The notes under the pieces were generated by a model. That model saw nothing but the letters and a program-made list of their open reading frames with translations, ran no database searches and had not been told where the DNA came from. A stretch of 64,000 nt of DNA from Thainema sp. (GTDB lineage: Bacteria > Cyanobacteriota > Cyanobacteriia > Phormidesmidales > Phormidesmidaceae), in NCBI GenBank assembly GCA_052168235.1, contig JBQLZK010000014.1, positions 1 to 64,000 of the forward strand. The letters run 5' to 3'. A program made the translations under genes and the position numbers. Of this stretch, positions 30,381-40,371 are shown piece after piece. Every line of letters starts with the position of its first letter. The first letter of the stretch is position 1.

Positions 30381-30515
30381 GGTTAGTATATGCGATCGCA
30401 CGGTAAGTACATTTAAATGCACAGCAAGTACGAGCGATGAATAAGCAAGTGCGAACAATTGATTAATAGGTTGAGATCATTACCAAGCAAGTACATTCAG
30501 GCGTCAAGCAAGTCA
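30381..30515. repeat. Non-coding array of a 9-bp motif (consensus AGCAAGTAC) at exact 21-bp period
   Basis: ggttagtat 30381, ggtaagtac 30402, agcaagtac 30423, agcaagtgc 30444, degenerate 30465, agcaagtac 30486, agcaagtca 30507. Confidence 0.75.
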
Positions 30516-30711
30516 CTGGGCGGTTGTGCTTCATCAACATTGCAGCTTCATTCAGCAGAGTCGATTGATGTTGCTTCCGTGAAGCTGACTTGTATTTTCT
30601 GGATCATTGAGTACATCGGGCACATTACCTTGAGAGGTAGGCGAGCCTCCACAGCCTTTCTGCTGACTCAATTTTGATTTATTTGCATACCCATCAAGGA
30701 GCACTATCACG

Positions 30712-31071
30712 ATGCCGAGTACTGATACGAGCCGCCGCTTGCGGCCTGCCTACCTCGAACAAGATATTGAATCACTACGCGGTCTTCGCACCATCCCTGA
30801 ATACGCATCAATTCGTCCCAAAACAACCATCGAAGCCCTTCAGAGTGCTTACGACGAGATGATTGCTGCTCAGGATGAAGCATCTGAAGCGATGGTGCGC
30901 GCCAAAGCCGCTGCGGATAAAGCTCGTCTTGCAGAATGGAAGTTCCATAACGATATCCTAGCCATGAAAGAGCTAGTGCGGGGAGTGTTCGGCTCCGATA
31001 GCGACGAAGCCCAAGCCGTTGGCTACAAGAAAAAATCTGAACGCAAGCGTCCTCGACGTCCGGCTGCATAA
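30712..31071 (+). CDS. Uncharacterised 119-aa helical protein with basic C-terminal tail
   Basis: RBS aaggag, Ala-rich helix, EWKFHN, FGSDSDEAQAVGYKKKSERKRPRR; hairpin downstream. Confidence 0.8.
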   Translation: MPSTDTSRRLRPAYLEQDIESLRGLRTIPEYASIRPKTTIEALQSAYDEMIAAQDEASEAMVRAKAAADKARLAEWKFHNDILAMKELVRGVFGSDSDEAQAVGYKKKSERKRPRRPAA

Positions 31072-31095
31072 GTATTAAATTTAACTTTAGGCAGC

Positions 31096-31137
31096 ATACC
31101 CCCGAGTTTTAACTAATTCGGGGGTATTCAACATATT
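31096..31137 (+). terminator. Hairpin after the 119-aa gene
   Basis: atacccccga...tcgggggtat. Confidence 0.6.
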
Positions 31138-31263
31138 CAGTAAAACAGCGATCACATGTTCAATCGCTTGCAATTTGCGATCGCAGATTTCTCAGCTAAA
31201 ATTCATGCAGAGAATGATTTGAGATTGTAGACTCAAAAGGCGAAATTGACCTGATATCATGCT

Positions 31264-32106
31264 ATGCCTTTACCCATCCAAACCATTCGCTTGCCTGACA
31301 CCTGCGATCTCATTTCTCTCTGCGGTGGCCCCTATAGCAACTTTGCGGCAGTCGAGGCGTTTTTGGCGGCAACGGAGGGGATTGAATATCGGTTTTGTCT
31401 GGGCGATATTGGCGGTTTTGGGCCACATCCCAATCGCACGATTGAGTTACTGCGACAGGCTAATGTGATTTGTCTCCAGGGCAATTATGATCACGCTGTC
31501 GGGGCGGGTGAACCGGAGTGTGGCTGTGGGTATGTGGACAGTCGAGATCGCGAATTTGCTCAGATTAGCTATGACTACACGCTGGCGCATACGGCGGAAC
31601 ATCATCGGCAGTGGATGCAAACGCTGCCCTCGCTGATTCGGCTAGAGTGGCGCGATCAGGCAGTTTTGCTCTGCCACGGCAGTCCTCGACAGGTGAATGA
31701 ATTTGTGTGGCAGTCCGAGACAGACGATGCACGCATTCGGGCAGATTTAGCGGAATTTGATGTCGTTGGCATTTGCGGCACGCATTCCGGCATTCCCTGG
31801 CTGCGAACGGTGGGCAATGCGGGGTTCTGGTGCAATGTTGGTGTACTGGGACGACCAGCTCATGACGGGACTGCGGCGGTTTGGTATGGGATACTGAATT
31901 TTCCGGCTGAAGCGGAACGACCAACGCCAAAGCTGATGCGCTTAACCTACGACGTGGCGGCAGTTGTGGAAGCCATGCAGCAGGAAGGACTGCCGCGTGA
32001 GTTTTGGCAGTCGCTAGAGCAAGGCATCTGGACAACCTGTGCCACGGTGCTGCCAGAGGCTGAACAGCCGGTGCAGCCGCGAGTTGAGGCTTTATCGAGA
32101 AAGTAG
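31264..32106 (+). CDS. Calcineurin-like metallophosphoesterase (Cys-rich variant)
   Basis: CLGDIGGFGP, QGNYD, CGCGY, CHGSP, GTHSG, WTTC; first motif is atypical (GGPYSN). Confidence 0.8.
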   Translation: MPLPIQTIRLPDTCDLISLCGGPYSNFAAVEAFLAATEGIEYRFCLGDIGGFGPHPNRTIELLRQANVICLQGNYDHAVGAGEPECGCGYVDSRDREFAQISYDYTLAHTAEHHRQWMQTLPSLIRLEWRDQAVLLCHGSPRQVNEFVWQSETDDARIRADLAEFDVVGICGTHSGIPWLRTVGNAGFWCNVGVLGRPAHDGTAAVWYGILNFPAEAERPTPKLMRLTYDVAAVVEAMQQEGLPREFWQSLEQGIWTTCATVLPEAEQPVQPRVEALSRK

Positions 32107-32132
32107 GGGCGAATAGAGCCATTTGCCCCTAC
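32103..32132. repeat. GTAG-foot REP hairpin overlapping the stop codon
   Basis: gtaggggcgaat-agagcc-atttgcccctac. Confidence 0.7.
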
Positions 32133-32161
32133 TTTCAACGCCAAAATCGAGATCTTAGCTA

Positions 32162-32221
32162 AAAAGGATTGACATTGATGTTGCAAACAAAAGGATTGAC
32201 ATTGATGTTGCAAACAAAAGG
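32162..32221 (+). repeat. Exact 27-bp tandem duplication over the phnD start
   Basis: aaaaggattgacattgatgttgcaaac x2, followed by aaaagg. Confidence 0.9.
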
Positions 32222-33137
32222 TTTGTTCAAAGGACTGCTGCTCGGGTTGGCAGCTTTATTCCTGGTAGTGGCCTGTAATTCTGGCTCCACGGTGAATACA
32301 GGCTCTGGAGAGGATGCTGAACTGACGGTACTCAAGTTTGGCGTTGGCCCCTATTTTCCGACACCGAATGAAACCGCTGACCAGTTTGAGCCGCTGTTCC
32401 AGGCATTAGCTGAAGAAGTGGGCGTAGAAGCCGAAGTGACCGTCACCGAAGACTGGGTTGGTATCTCAGAAGCGCTGCGCTCTGGAACGCTTGATGCGGC
32501 TTGGTTGGGGCCGTGGGGCTATGTGTTAGCTAATCACAATGAGCCTGCCATTAATGCGATCGCAACTGTGAAGTATAAAGAGCAGCCCTTTTACTATTCG
32601 GTGCTGATGGCGAAAGCGGATGCGCCCTTTGACACGCTGGATGAGGCGATTGAGCTGAGCCAGTCCGGTGAAAAGCTCAGCATTAGCTTGGCCGATGTTG
32701 GCTCAACCTCTGGTTGGCTGATTCCCACTGCCGAGTTTACCCAGCGCGGCATTGATCCTAAAGAAGTGTTTGAATACAGCGAAGGTGCTAGCCACGCAGC
32801 CCAAGCGATCGCAGTTTTGAGCGATCAGGTGGATATTGCTTCAGATTACGATCGCAACTTGGACGTACTGGAAGCTACCGAGCGGATCAACAAAGACGAC
32901 CTCAAGATCATCTGGCAATCCGATCCGCTGCCCAATGACCCAATTGCGATTCGGGGTGGACTACCGGAGGATATTAAGACGAGGCTACAGGAGGCGCTAG
33001 TGAACCTCAGTGCAGAAGATGCAGCTCAGGGTTTACTACCAGAGAACTACACGGGTTTTGTCGCCTCCGACGGCAGCAACTACGAGCCAATTCAGGCGGC
33101 GGGCAAGCTGGTCGGCAAGCTGGATGAAGCATCCTAA
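32178..33137 (+). CDS. phnD: Phosphate/phosphite/phosphonate ABC substrate-binding lipoprotein
   Basis: Lipobox VVAC, AWLGPWGYV, YYSV, STSGWLIP, SHAA, SDPLPND; start ATG at 32178 or 32205. Confidence 0.85.
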   Translation: MLQTKGLTLMLQTKGLFKGLLLGLAALFLVVACNSGSTVNTGSGEDAELTVLKFGVGPYFPTPNETADQFEPLFQALAEEVGVEAEVTVTEDWVGISEALRSGTLDAAWLGPWGYVLANHNEPAINAIATVKYKEQPFYYSVLMAKADAPFDTLDEAIELSQSGEKLSISLADVGSTSGWLIPTAEFTQRGIDPKEVFEYSEGASHAAQAIAVLSDQVDIASDYDRNLDVLEATERINKDDLKIIWQSDPLPNDPIAIRGGLPEDIKTRLQEALVNLSAEDAAQGLLPENYTGFVASDGSNYEPIQAAGKLVGKLDEAS

Positions 33138-33143
33138 GCATTC

Positions 33144-33998
33144 ATGGCAAAGGCAGACGAAACCCAGCGGAAACCTAATGCTCCTCCTCCGTTCGATTTA
33201 GCCGCGCGACTGGATGCTGAATATCGCCGTAGGCGTGGTGTTTGGCCGCTTTTACGCCAGGGCTTTATCGGCTTAATTGCGATCGCAGTTTTAGTCGCCA
33301 GCATTCGCAAAACTGAGGTTGCGCCAGCGGAATTCTGGGCGGGTTTGCCTCGCCTCAGCCGCTGGCTGACGGATTTGTGGCCACCTGATCTCTCGGAACT
33401 GCCCTCATTTCTGAATGCCACGGCAGAAACACTTGCGATCGCAGTTGTCGGCACAGTCGCAGCAATGGTATTTGCCATTCCCCTGGCGCTGCTGGTAGCA
33501 CGCAATATCACGCCTATACCGTCTTTATCATTGCCGCTGCGAACCGGACTCAATCTGCTGCGCGCCATTGATACGGCAATTTTTGCCTTGTTTTTTGTGT
33601 CTGTAGTTGGGCTTGGCCCCTTTGCAGGCGTACTGGGCGTAACGCTGCACACAACCGGATCAATGGCCAAGCTATACGCCGAGGTACTCGAAACCATTCC
33701 GCCACAAACGATTGAAGCCATTGAAGTGACAGGAGCCGACCGTCTGCGCACATTCACATTTGCTGTGTTACCAGAAGCGCTGCCAGGACTCACGGGGATT
33801 AGCCTTTATCTTTGGGAATATAACGTCCGCTCTTCGGTGATTCTCGGCATTGTCGGCGCGGGTGGCATTGGCTACGAGTTACTGGTCAGTCTCAAACTGC
33901 TCGATTTTGGTCGGCTCAGCACCATTTTGCTATTGATTTTGGCAATGGTTAGCATTGTTGATGCAATCAGTGCATTTCTGCGGAGGCGTTTGCAGTAA
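33144..33998 (+). CDS. phnE: Phosphonate-type ABC permease
   Basis: ETLAIAVVGT, GLGPFAGVLG, KLYAE, EYNVRSSVILGIVGAGGIG. Confidence 0.9.
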   Translation: MAKADETQRKPNAPPPFDLAARLDAEYRRRRGVWPLLRQGFIGLIAIAVLVASIRKTEVAPAEFWAGLPRLSRWLTDLWPPDLSELPSFLNATAETLAIAVVGTVAAMVFAIPLALLVARNITPIPSLSLPLRTGLNLLRAIDTAIFALFFVSVVGLGPFAGVLGVTLHTTGSMAKLYAEVLETIPPQTIEAIEVTGADRLRTFTFAVLPEALPGLTGISLYLWEYNVRSSVILGIVGAGGIGYELLVSLKLLDFGRLSTILLLILAMVSIVDAISAFLRRRLQ

Positions 33999-34033
33999 GA
34001 CTGTTTTGCTGAGCCAGACCATCCAGCAAAAAC

Positions 34034-34096
34034 GTGAGGAGCGAGGCGTGAGGAGTAAAGGCTGCAAAGGACTACAAAGACTCAGAACTTAGCACT
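34034..34096. repeat. Short composite STRR block
   Basis: gtgaggagcgaggcgtgagg, 9-mer relatives and ctcagaacttagcact. Confidence 0.55.
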
Positions 34097-34276
34097 ATCA
34101 ACAATAGTTTATTAGAACTGAGATTCATCCCTGTCGAACACCATAAAGCCTTGAAAACGCTTTGATAATGTCAGCGATGGGTTAACGATGGCGCAAATCT
34201 CTATCTAAGGTTAGACTCGCCCCCTTTAGGTTAATCAGGTAAATTACCAAGCAAATATATACGGACTGATTAACCA

Positions 34277-35923
34277 ATGACTTCGTTATTGAAATCGGGT
34301 TTATTAGGTTTAACCTGCAGCATTTTATCTGTTCCTGCTTTAGCACAATCCAATCATTTAATTGCTCAAGCTGACAACAACATGAGATTGACCGACCCGT
34401 TAACGCGGGTGACTCAGTTTTCAGATGTGCAGCCAACGGATTGGGCATATACCGCACTGCAGTCACTGGTAGAACGCTATGGCTGCATTGTGGGCTATCC
34501 AGACGGTACATTCCGAGGCAATCGAGCGCTGACGCGGTATGAATTTGCCGCAGGACTCAATGCCTGTTTGGATCAGTTTTTGGCCGTGATTGATGATCCG
34601 GTTGATCTCACCCAGTTGCAGCAGTTGTTAGCAGAGTTTGAGACGGAACTGAACTTACTTGTGGCTGATGTCGACAGTTTAGAAGGTCGAGTTGCTGAAT
34701 TAGAAGCCAATCAGTTTTCAACCACAACTAAGTTGAGTGGGGAAGCCATCTTTGCTGTAAGTACCGCGTTTGTAGGAGATATTGAAAATATTGCTGATGA
34801 AGTCATTGCTACCAATGACGTGGCAACGGTAGGGCAAGCCCGCGTTCGTCTCGATTTCAACACCAGTTTTAATGGTGAAGATCTGCTGATCACTCGCCTA
34901 GAAGCAGGGAATGTGCCGCCCTTGTTGCGCAACAACGTGTTTTACCAGAACGGTTTTGGAATTACCGATACTCAAGAAGGACGATTTACCTTTGATAATG
35001 TCTTAGGTGATGATTTCGGCGTGGGGCTGCTGTCCTATTCGTTTCAAATCGGTTCCGATCTGAACGCCACGATTTTTGCCAGTGGCGGTGAGCATCACTA
35101 TTATGCTGATACCGTTAATCCCTTTTTGGAAGGCCACAGTGGCGGGCAGAATGCGTTGACTCGCTTTAGCGAACGCAATCCCATTTATCGCATTGGTGGC
35201 GACGGTACGGGGGTTGGTGTATCCTATCAGCCCTCTGATAGCTTCCGGATCGATTTGGGCTATCTTAGCGATACGGCAACGGATTTGGGGCCAGATAATG
35301 GCTTATTTAACGGTAATTATTCGATGCTGGGTCAAATTGTGGTCGGCGATCGCGATCGCTTTAGAGTGGGTCTGACCTATGTGCATGCCTATGAGAGTCG
35401 CGCCCAAGATATCAATGCCAATCGGCTCAATTTTGGCGGAACAGGTACATCACTGGCGAACTTGAATCCGGTTGCGCTGTTTGGCGTCAATGCGTTACCG
35501 ACCCCAGAGGAAACGCTGCTGCCGGTTGTCAGTAATTCCTATGGCATAGAAGCGTCGGTGCGACTATCGTCGCGCTTTTATATTAATGGTTGGGTAGGGA
35601 AGACAGCCGCTCGTCTGATTGGCCTGGGTGATGCCGACATTTGGACGTTTGCTGTCGGCGTTGCGCTGCCTGATTTGCTCAGTGAAGGCTCCCTAGGTGG
35701 CGTCACGTTTGGAGCGGCTCCTACCCTGCGGTCATTAGATATCCCTGGTGGTGCACCCTTCTTGGAACGAGATTTTGCGTATCAGCTAGAAGCGTTTTAT
35801 CGCTACCAGGTGAACGATAATATTTCGGTTACGCCCGGTTTTGTTTGGTTGCCGTCACCGAATCAGAGTGACCTGAACGATGATACGTTTCTGGGCACCA
35901 TCCGGACGACGTTCCGGTTCTAG
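34277..35923 (+). CDS. SLH-domain cyanobacterial porin (SomA/OprB-like)
   Basis: FSDVQPTDWAYTALQSLVERYGCIVGYPD, QFSTTTKLSGEAIF, C-terminal GTIRTTFRF. Confidence 0.95.
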   Translation: MTSLLKSGLLGLTCSILSVPALAQSNHLIAQADNNMRLTDPLTRVTQFSDVQPTDWAYTALQSLVERYGCIVGYPDGTFRGNRALTRYEFAAGLNACLDQFLAVIDDPVDLTQLQQLLAEFETELNLLVADVDSLEGRVAELEANQFSTTTKLSGEAIFAVSTAFVGDIENIADEVIATNDVATVGQARVRLDFNTSFNGEDLLITRLEAGNVPPLLRNNVFYQNGFGITDTQEGRFTFDNVLGDDFGVGLLSYSFQIGSDLNATIFASGGEHHYYADTVNPFLEGHSGGQNALTRFSERNPIYRIGGDGTGVGVSYQPSDSFRIDLGYLSDTATDLGPDNGLFNGNYSMLGQIVVGDRDRFRVGLTYVHAYESRAQDINANRLNFGGTGTSLANLNPVALFGVNALPTPEETLLPVVSNSYGIEASVRLSSRFYINGWVGKTAARLIGLGDADIWTFAVGVALPDLLSEGSLGGVTFGAAPTLRSLDIPGGAPFLERDFAYQLEAFYRYQVNDNISVTPGFVWLPSPNQSDLNDDTFLGTIRTTFRF

Positions 35924-36001
35924 GGCAATACGCATTCTCGACTGTGTTGTGTCGGTTTAATCAACCAGTTTTGGTTAATCCGTTTGGTTAAACCGTTTTT
36001 G

Positions 36002-36778
36002 TTAGACTGCGGAGCGCTGGCGGCGGACTTTGAGGAAGCCAGCTGTTCCTGCGATCGCAGCTAAACCTAACAGCGGCGTTGGGCCAGGAACAGCTTGGCT
36101 GTCGTCAACCTGGGTAATCTGCACCGCTAGCAGAGGTTGGTCGCCATCGGGGAATGGCCGAGTAGCAACCATCGTGCCATTCCCATCATCAGTGGCAGCA
36201 AAGACATTAGCGGTCGTAAAGACTCGCTCAATGTTCATGAAGTTACCAGACTCATCAACCTCGAAATCAATTGCATCTGGGGCCAAGAATCGGCCTGTGC
36301 CGTCAACGTTGCCGTTGCCATCAGATGTCACGATGGGAGTGGCGAATACGGCAGATAGATCCTCCATCACCTGATCGTCTGGAATTTCGATCCGGCGGGT
36401 GACAACTTCGTTTGGCTGCACTAAACGAGCTGGGGCCGAAACAGGCTGCTGTGGCATTGGAGTCGCCATCATGACGTTCGGATTGTTCATAAAGCGATTT
36501 GTAACGCCTGCGGTCTGACCTGTTTGTGCCATATTGAGCAGGCTAGTGTTGACTTGTCCACCCCGATTGATGATGTCATAGTCATCCTCATCCGTGATCG
36601 CAATGGGAGGACGAACAACAACGCGCTCATTTTCGGGCGCGAGATTGCGAACTGAAAAGTCAAGTACGATAGCTTGAGCAGATTGAGCAATGAAGGCTGT
36701 ACTAATTCCTGCTCCAAGTGCGATCGCACATTTCCAACTTCTCTGGGGGCTTAAGTTATTTCTATTTTGAAGAACCAT
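36002..36778 (-). CDS. Secreted protein with PEP-CTERM-like (VPGP) sorting signal; possible divergent spondin-N domain
   Basis: Signal peptide ending SAQA; C-terminal VPGPTPLLGLAAIAGTAGFLKVRRQR. Confidence 0.75.
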   Translation of the reverse strand: MVLQNRNNLSPQRSWKCAIALGAGISTAFIAQSAQAIVLDFSVRNLAPENERVVVRPPIAITDEDDYDIINRGGQVNTSLLNMAQTGQTAGVTNRFMNNPNVMMATPMPQQPVSAPARLVQPNEVVTRRIEIPDDQVMEDLSAVFATPIVTSDGNGNVDGTGRFLAPDAIDFEVDESGNFMNIERVFTTANVFAATDDGNGTMVATRPFPDGDQPLLAVQITQVDDSQAVPGPTPLLGLAAIAGTAGFLKVRRQRSAV

Positions 36779-37578
36779 TTTGAGTTGAAATTAGGTACAC
36801 ATATCTAGGCATAAATTTAATGATTTACAGCTGATAGTCAAGCCAATATAGATAGATGACCTAACTTTAGTTTCCCCGTAAAGCCTTGCATTGCAAGATG
36901 TTACGGCATTTGATAAAAGGTTTAAATAAATCTGAAATCCATCCCGAGAACGATGGGATTCGACGAGCTGCATATGTCATCTGATAGAGCATTTATGAAC
37001 TGAAATTTAACAATATGCTTGGCAAAATATACAGCTTGGCAATAAGGAGAAATCTGAAGAAATAAAACAGAAATCAATTGAAATAGTTTGGATATCCTGA
37101 TCTGTCTTGATCAGTAGTGTTTGTTTTGGCGACAGCTACTGTTGACTATATATAACGGCAAAATGCTGCTATTTATGGCCTGATCAAAAGCTGGATTTTT
37201 CGGAATTTAGCCGATTTGGAGCGATTGGCATAGCTCATTGTGTTGAGGGTAATGTTTCGGGTGTTAAGAGTAGTGTCTGGGTAATAACTTTGTCGTATTG
37301 CCAGATCACACAACAAAATTCTTGTTTTTCTGGGGGACTACTGTAGGTTTTCTGGGCAGTGCAGATGGGAGTTGGTGCGAGATGGGAATATCCTAAAAGC
37401 GGGGACTGTTTCTCGTTTGCTGAAGAGTATTTGGCAGTGATTTTTCAGATAGCCCTCATTGGAAGCGTGAGGCGAAAGGGTACACTGAGAAAAAGAGTGA
37501 AATCCTGATATAACCGCCATCAGCGATGCTCTATACTGAAAAACTGCATTAAAATTTGATTTGGGTAGGCCGATTACC

Positions 37579-38715
37579 GTGACTCTTAGCCTGTCTTCTG
37601 CTAACGCTAGCAACTCTGATTCTGCTGCACATCCTGCTGCCTCAGCCGCTCGTCTCCGGAGCTGGCCGGGACTAATTGAGGCGTATCGAGAGTATTTGCC
37701 CGTTAGTGAACAAACTCCTGTTGTGACGCTGCATGAAGGCAATACGCCGCTGATTCCGGTACCTGTTATCTCAGCGCAAATCGGGCGAGATGTCCAAGTC
37801 TTTGTCAAATATGACGGCCTAAACCCCACGGGCAGCTTCAAAGACCGGGGTATGACAATGGCCGTTTCCAAGGCGAAAGAAGCGGGTGCCAAGGCGGTCA
37901 TTTGTGCCAGCACGGGCAACACCTCGGCGGCAGCAGCGGCCTATGCTCGGCGGGCGGGCATACGTGCCTTTGTGATTATTCCTGATGGCTATGTTGCTCA
38001 GGGCAAGCTGGCGCAGGCGCTACTGTATGGCGCGGAAATTATCGCCATTCAGGGCAACTTCGACCGAGCCTTGGACATCGTGCGCGAGATTGCCGACAGC
38101 TATCCGGTGACGCTGGTGAATTCGGTCAATCCCTATCGTCTGGAAGGGCAGAAAACGGCGGCTTTTGAAGTCATTGATGGTTTGGGCAACGCACCCGATT
38201 GGCTCTGCGTTCCAGTTGGTAATGCGGGTAACATCACCGCTTACTGGATGGGCTTCTGTGAATATCATCAGCTCAAAAAGTGCGATCGCTTACCCCGGAT
38301 GATGGGCTTTCAGGCGGCTGGCTCGGCTCCTCTCGTCGTCGGCCATGTAGTCGAAAATCCAGACACCATTGCCACCGCTATTCGTATCGGCAATCCCGCC
38401 AGTTGGGATAAGGCGTTGGCCGTACAGGACGCCAGCCAAGGGGGATTTCATGCCGTCACCGACGACGAAATTCTGGCGGCCTACAAGCTGCTAGCGGGAG
38501 AAGAAGGCGTGTTCTGCGAACCCGCTAGCGCCTCATCTGTCGCAGGAATGCTCAAGCTGAAAGACCAAATTCCAACTGGAGCAACGGTTGTTTGTGTACT
38601 GACCGGAAATGGTCTAAAGGATCCCACAACGGCCATCGAATATAACGGCGACAGCCAGTTTACTCGCGGTGTTGTCCCCGATTTAGATGTCGTTGCGCGA
38701 ATCATGGGATTTTAG
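37579..38715 (+). CDS. thrC: Threonine synthase
   Basis: [16 protein letters not shown] (PLP Lys), [32 protein letters not shown] start. Confidence 0.97.
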   Translation: MTLSLSSANASNSDSAAHPAASAARLRSWPGLIEAYREYLPVSEQTPVVTLHEGNTPLIPVPVISAQIGRDVQVFVKYDGLNPTGSFKDRGMTMAVSKAKEAGAKAVICASTGNTSAAAAAYARRAGIRAFVIIPDGYVAQGKLAQALLYGAEIIAIQGNFDRALDIVREIADSYPVTLVNSVNPYRLEGQKTAAFEVIDGLGNAPDWLCVPVGNAGNITAYWMGFCEYHQLKKCDRLPRMMGFQAAGSAPLVVGHVVENPDTIATAIRIGNPASWDKALAVQDASQGGFHAVTDDEILAAYKLLAGEEGVFCEPASASSVAGMLKLKDQIPTGATVVCVLTGNGLKDPTTAIEYNGDSQFTRGVVPDLDVVARIMGF

Positions 38716-38739
38716 ATTTAGGCAGCCCGCAAAAGCCGC

Positions 38740-40113
38740 CTACACAACCCGATTCTGCCGGATACAGTTGGCGTACCAGTCAAAGCTAGCTTTGGGAATG
38801 CGCTGCTGGGTGGCATAGTCCACGTAGGTAATGCCAAACCGACGGTCATACCCGTAGGCCCATTCAAAGTTATCCAGCAGGCTCCAGACAAAATAGCCCG
38901 TCAGCGGATACCCTTCACTCACCGCTCGATGGGCACTTTTCAGCGCTTGTCGGAGATAGAAAATGCGATCGCAATCTAGCACCTCGCCCTGTTCTGTTAC
39001 CTGATCTTCGACAGCACAGCCGTTCTCGCTGATAAACACGGGTAACTCAGGCCGATTCAGCGTTTCGCTAATGTGGCGAATTCCCCAGTAGATGGCTTCC
39101 GGAATCACGTGCAGCCACGGCATGTTTAAGCGGGGATAGCTCTTGGGAAACGGCAGCACTTCATAGCCCAGCTCATTCTCGGCAGCTCGCACGTATAAAC
39201 CGCTGTACACATTGAAACCCAAGGCATCCAGCGGCTGGTTAATCGTTTCCAAGTCTCCTGGCTGGATATCTGGCATCTGATCGCCAAGTTTGTCATAGAG
39301 CGCATCGCTATACCGTCCAGTTAAGGCCGGATAGAGAATGCCGCCGTTGGTGCCGACGCGGCCCATTGCCATTTGGGCAGCGGCGATATGCTCGTCGGTT
39401 TCCGCGATCGGAACGGTCGCCAGAAAGTTGTCTACTAGCGCCACCGAGCAGGGCTGCGGCGTGTGGGCGCGAATCGCCTGGCAGGCCAAACCGTGGGCCA
39501 GCAGCGCATGATGGGAAGTCTGCCAAACCTCCTTCTTGGACTGCAATACCGTACCTGGCGCATGGGGTGGCACCTGATTCACCCCGTACCCCAAATGAGT
39601 AAAACAGAAAATTTCATTAATGGTCATCCAGTGCCGCACCCGATCGCCTAATCGCTGCACGACGACGCTGACATAATCAGCGAAATCCTTGGCCATCTCC
39701 CGACTGCGCCACGAGCCGTAGCGATCTTCTAGAGCTTGGGGACTGTCCCAATGGAACAGGGTAACGTGCGGCGTAATCCCGTTTTCCAGCAGCGCATCGA
39801 CCAGTTGACTGTAGAAGTCCAAACCCGCTTGATTCACCTCGCCCCGACCCTCCGGCACCACGCGCGGCCAGGCAATACTGAAACGATAGTGCTGAATGCC
39901 CAGCTTCACCATCAGCGCAATGTCGTCTAGATAGCGATGGTAGTGGTCACATGCGATCGCACCTGTATCCCCATTCAAGACCCGTTCCGGCTTAGCGCTA
40001 AAAGTATCCCACACGCTGTCTTGACGACCATCGGCCTCGGTGGCTCCCTCAATTTGATAGGCAGCGGTTGCGGCTCCCCACTGAAAACCGGACGGGAATG
40101 AGTAACTGGTCAT
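38740..40113 (-). CDS. GH1 beta-glucosidase
   Basis: WGAATAAYQIEG, YRFSIAWPR, TINE acid/base, ISENG nucleophile, WSLLDNFEW. Confidence 0.95.
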   Translation of the reverse strand: MTSYSFPSGFQWGAATAAYQIEGATEADGRQDSVWDTFSAKPERVLNGDTGAIACDHYHRYLDDIALMVKLGIQHYRFSIAWPRVVPEGRGEVNQAGLDFYSQLVDALLENGITPHVTLFHWDSPQALEDRYGSWRSREMAKDFADYVSVVVQRLGDRVRHWMTINEIFCFTHLGYGVNQVPPHAPGTVLQSKKEVWQTSHHALLAHGLACQAIRAHTPQPCSVALVDNFLATVPIAETDEHIAAAQMAMGRVGTNGGILYPALTGRYSDALYDKLGDQMPDIQPGDLETINQPLDALGFNVYSGLYVRAAENELGYEVLPFPKSYPRLNMPWLHVIPEAIYWGIRHISETLNRPELPVFISENGCAVEDQVTEQGEVLDCDRIFYLRQALKSAHRAVSEGYPLTGYFVWSLLDNFEWAYGYDRRFGITYVDYATQQRIPKASFDWYANCIRQNRVV

Positions 40114-40170
40114 GGTTTAGGTTTCCTTGAATACCCTTTCTCTCTAAACTGTAGCGATGAATCAGTTTTC

Positions 40171-40252
40171 AGCATTCTCAGCACAGAATCAGCACAGAAT
40201 GAGGTGAGGGGTGTAAAGGGCTGTAGAGGCTGTAAAGGGTGTAAAGGGCTGG
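40171..40252. repeat. Composite STRR block (cagcacagaat x2; 9-mer gtaaagggc repeats)
   Basis: Direct reading. Confidence 0.65.
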
Positions 40253-40371
40253 AAATTAATTACTCCATTAGTATCGTTTGTAGCAACTAGTACTTCTTGC
40301 GCAGGCTGCAGAATGTATTGAGGAATCTTATCTTGTATATTATTTGAAGAACGATTGCTCAACCTGAAACA

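Noticed and set aside
30381..30515. CRISPR array interpretation of the 21-bp periodic motif
   Set aside because: A 9-bp degenerate repeat with 12-bp spacers is far too short, and no cas genes are present.
27010..31192. Inverted atctgcgatcgc ends around the NACHT/119-aa region as island boundaries
   Set aside because: Only 4 bp beyond the ubiquitous HIP1; no integrase or target duplication.
33134..33793. Long antisense or alternative-frame ORFs (e.g. 33134-33793, 31565-32122, 37338-37922, 9074-9547)
   Set aside because: Shadows of well-supported genes with no recognisable motifs.
34200..34245. Pho box upstream of the porin
   Set aside because: The TTAACC-like half sites are not at the 11-bp spacing expected for SphR boxes.
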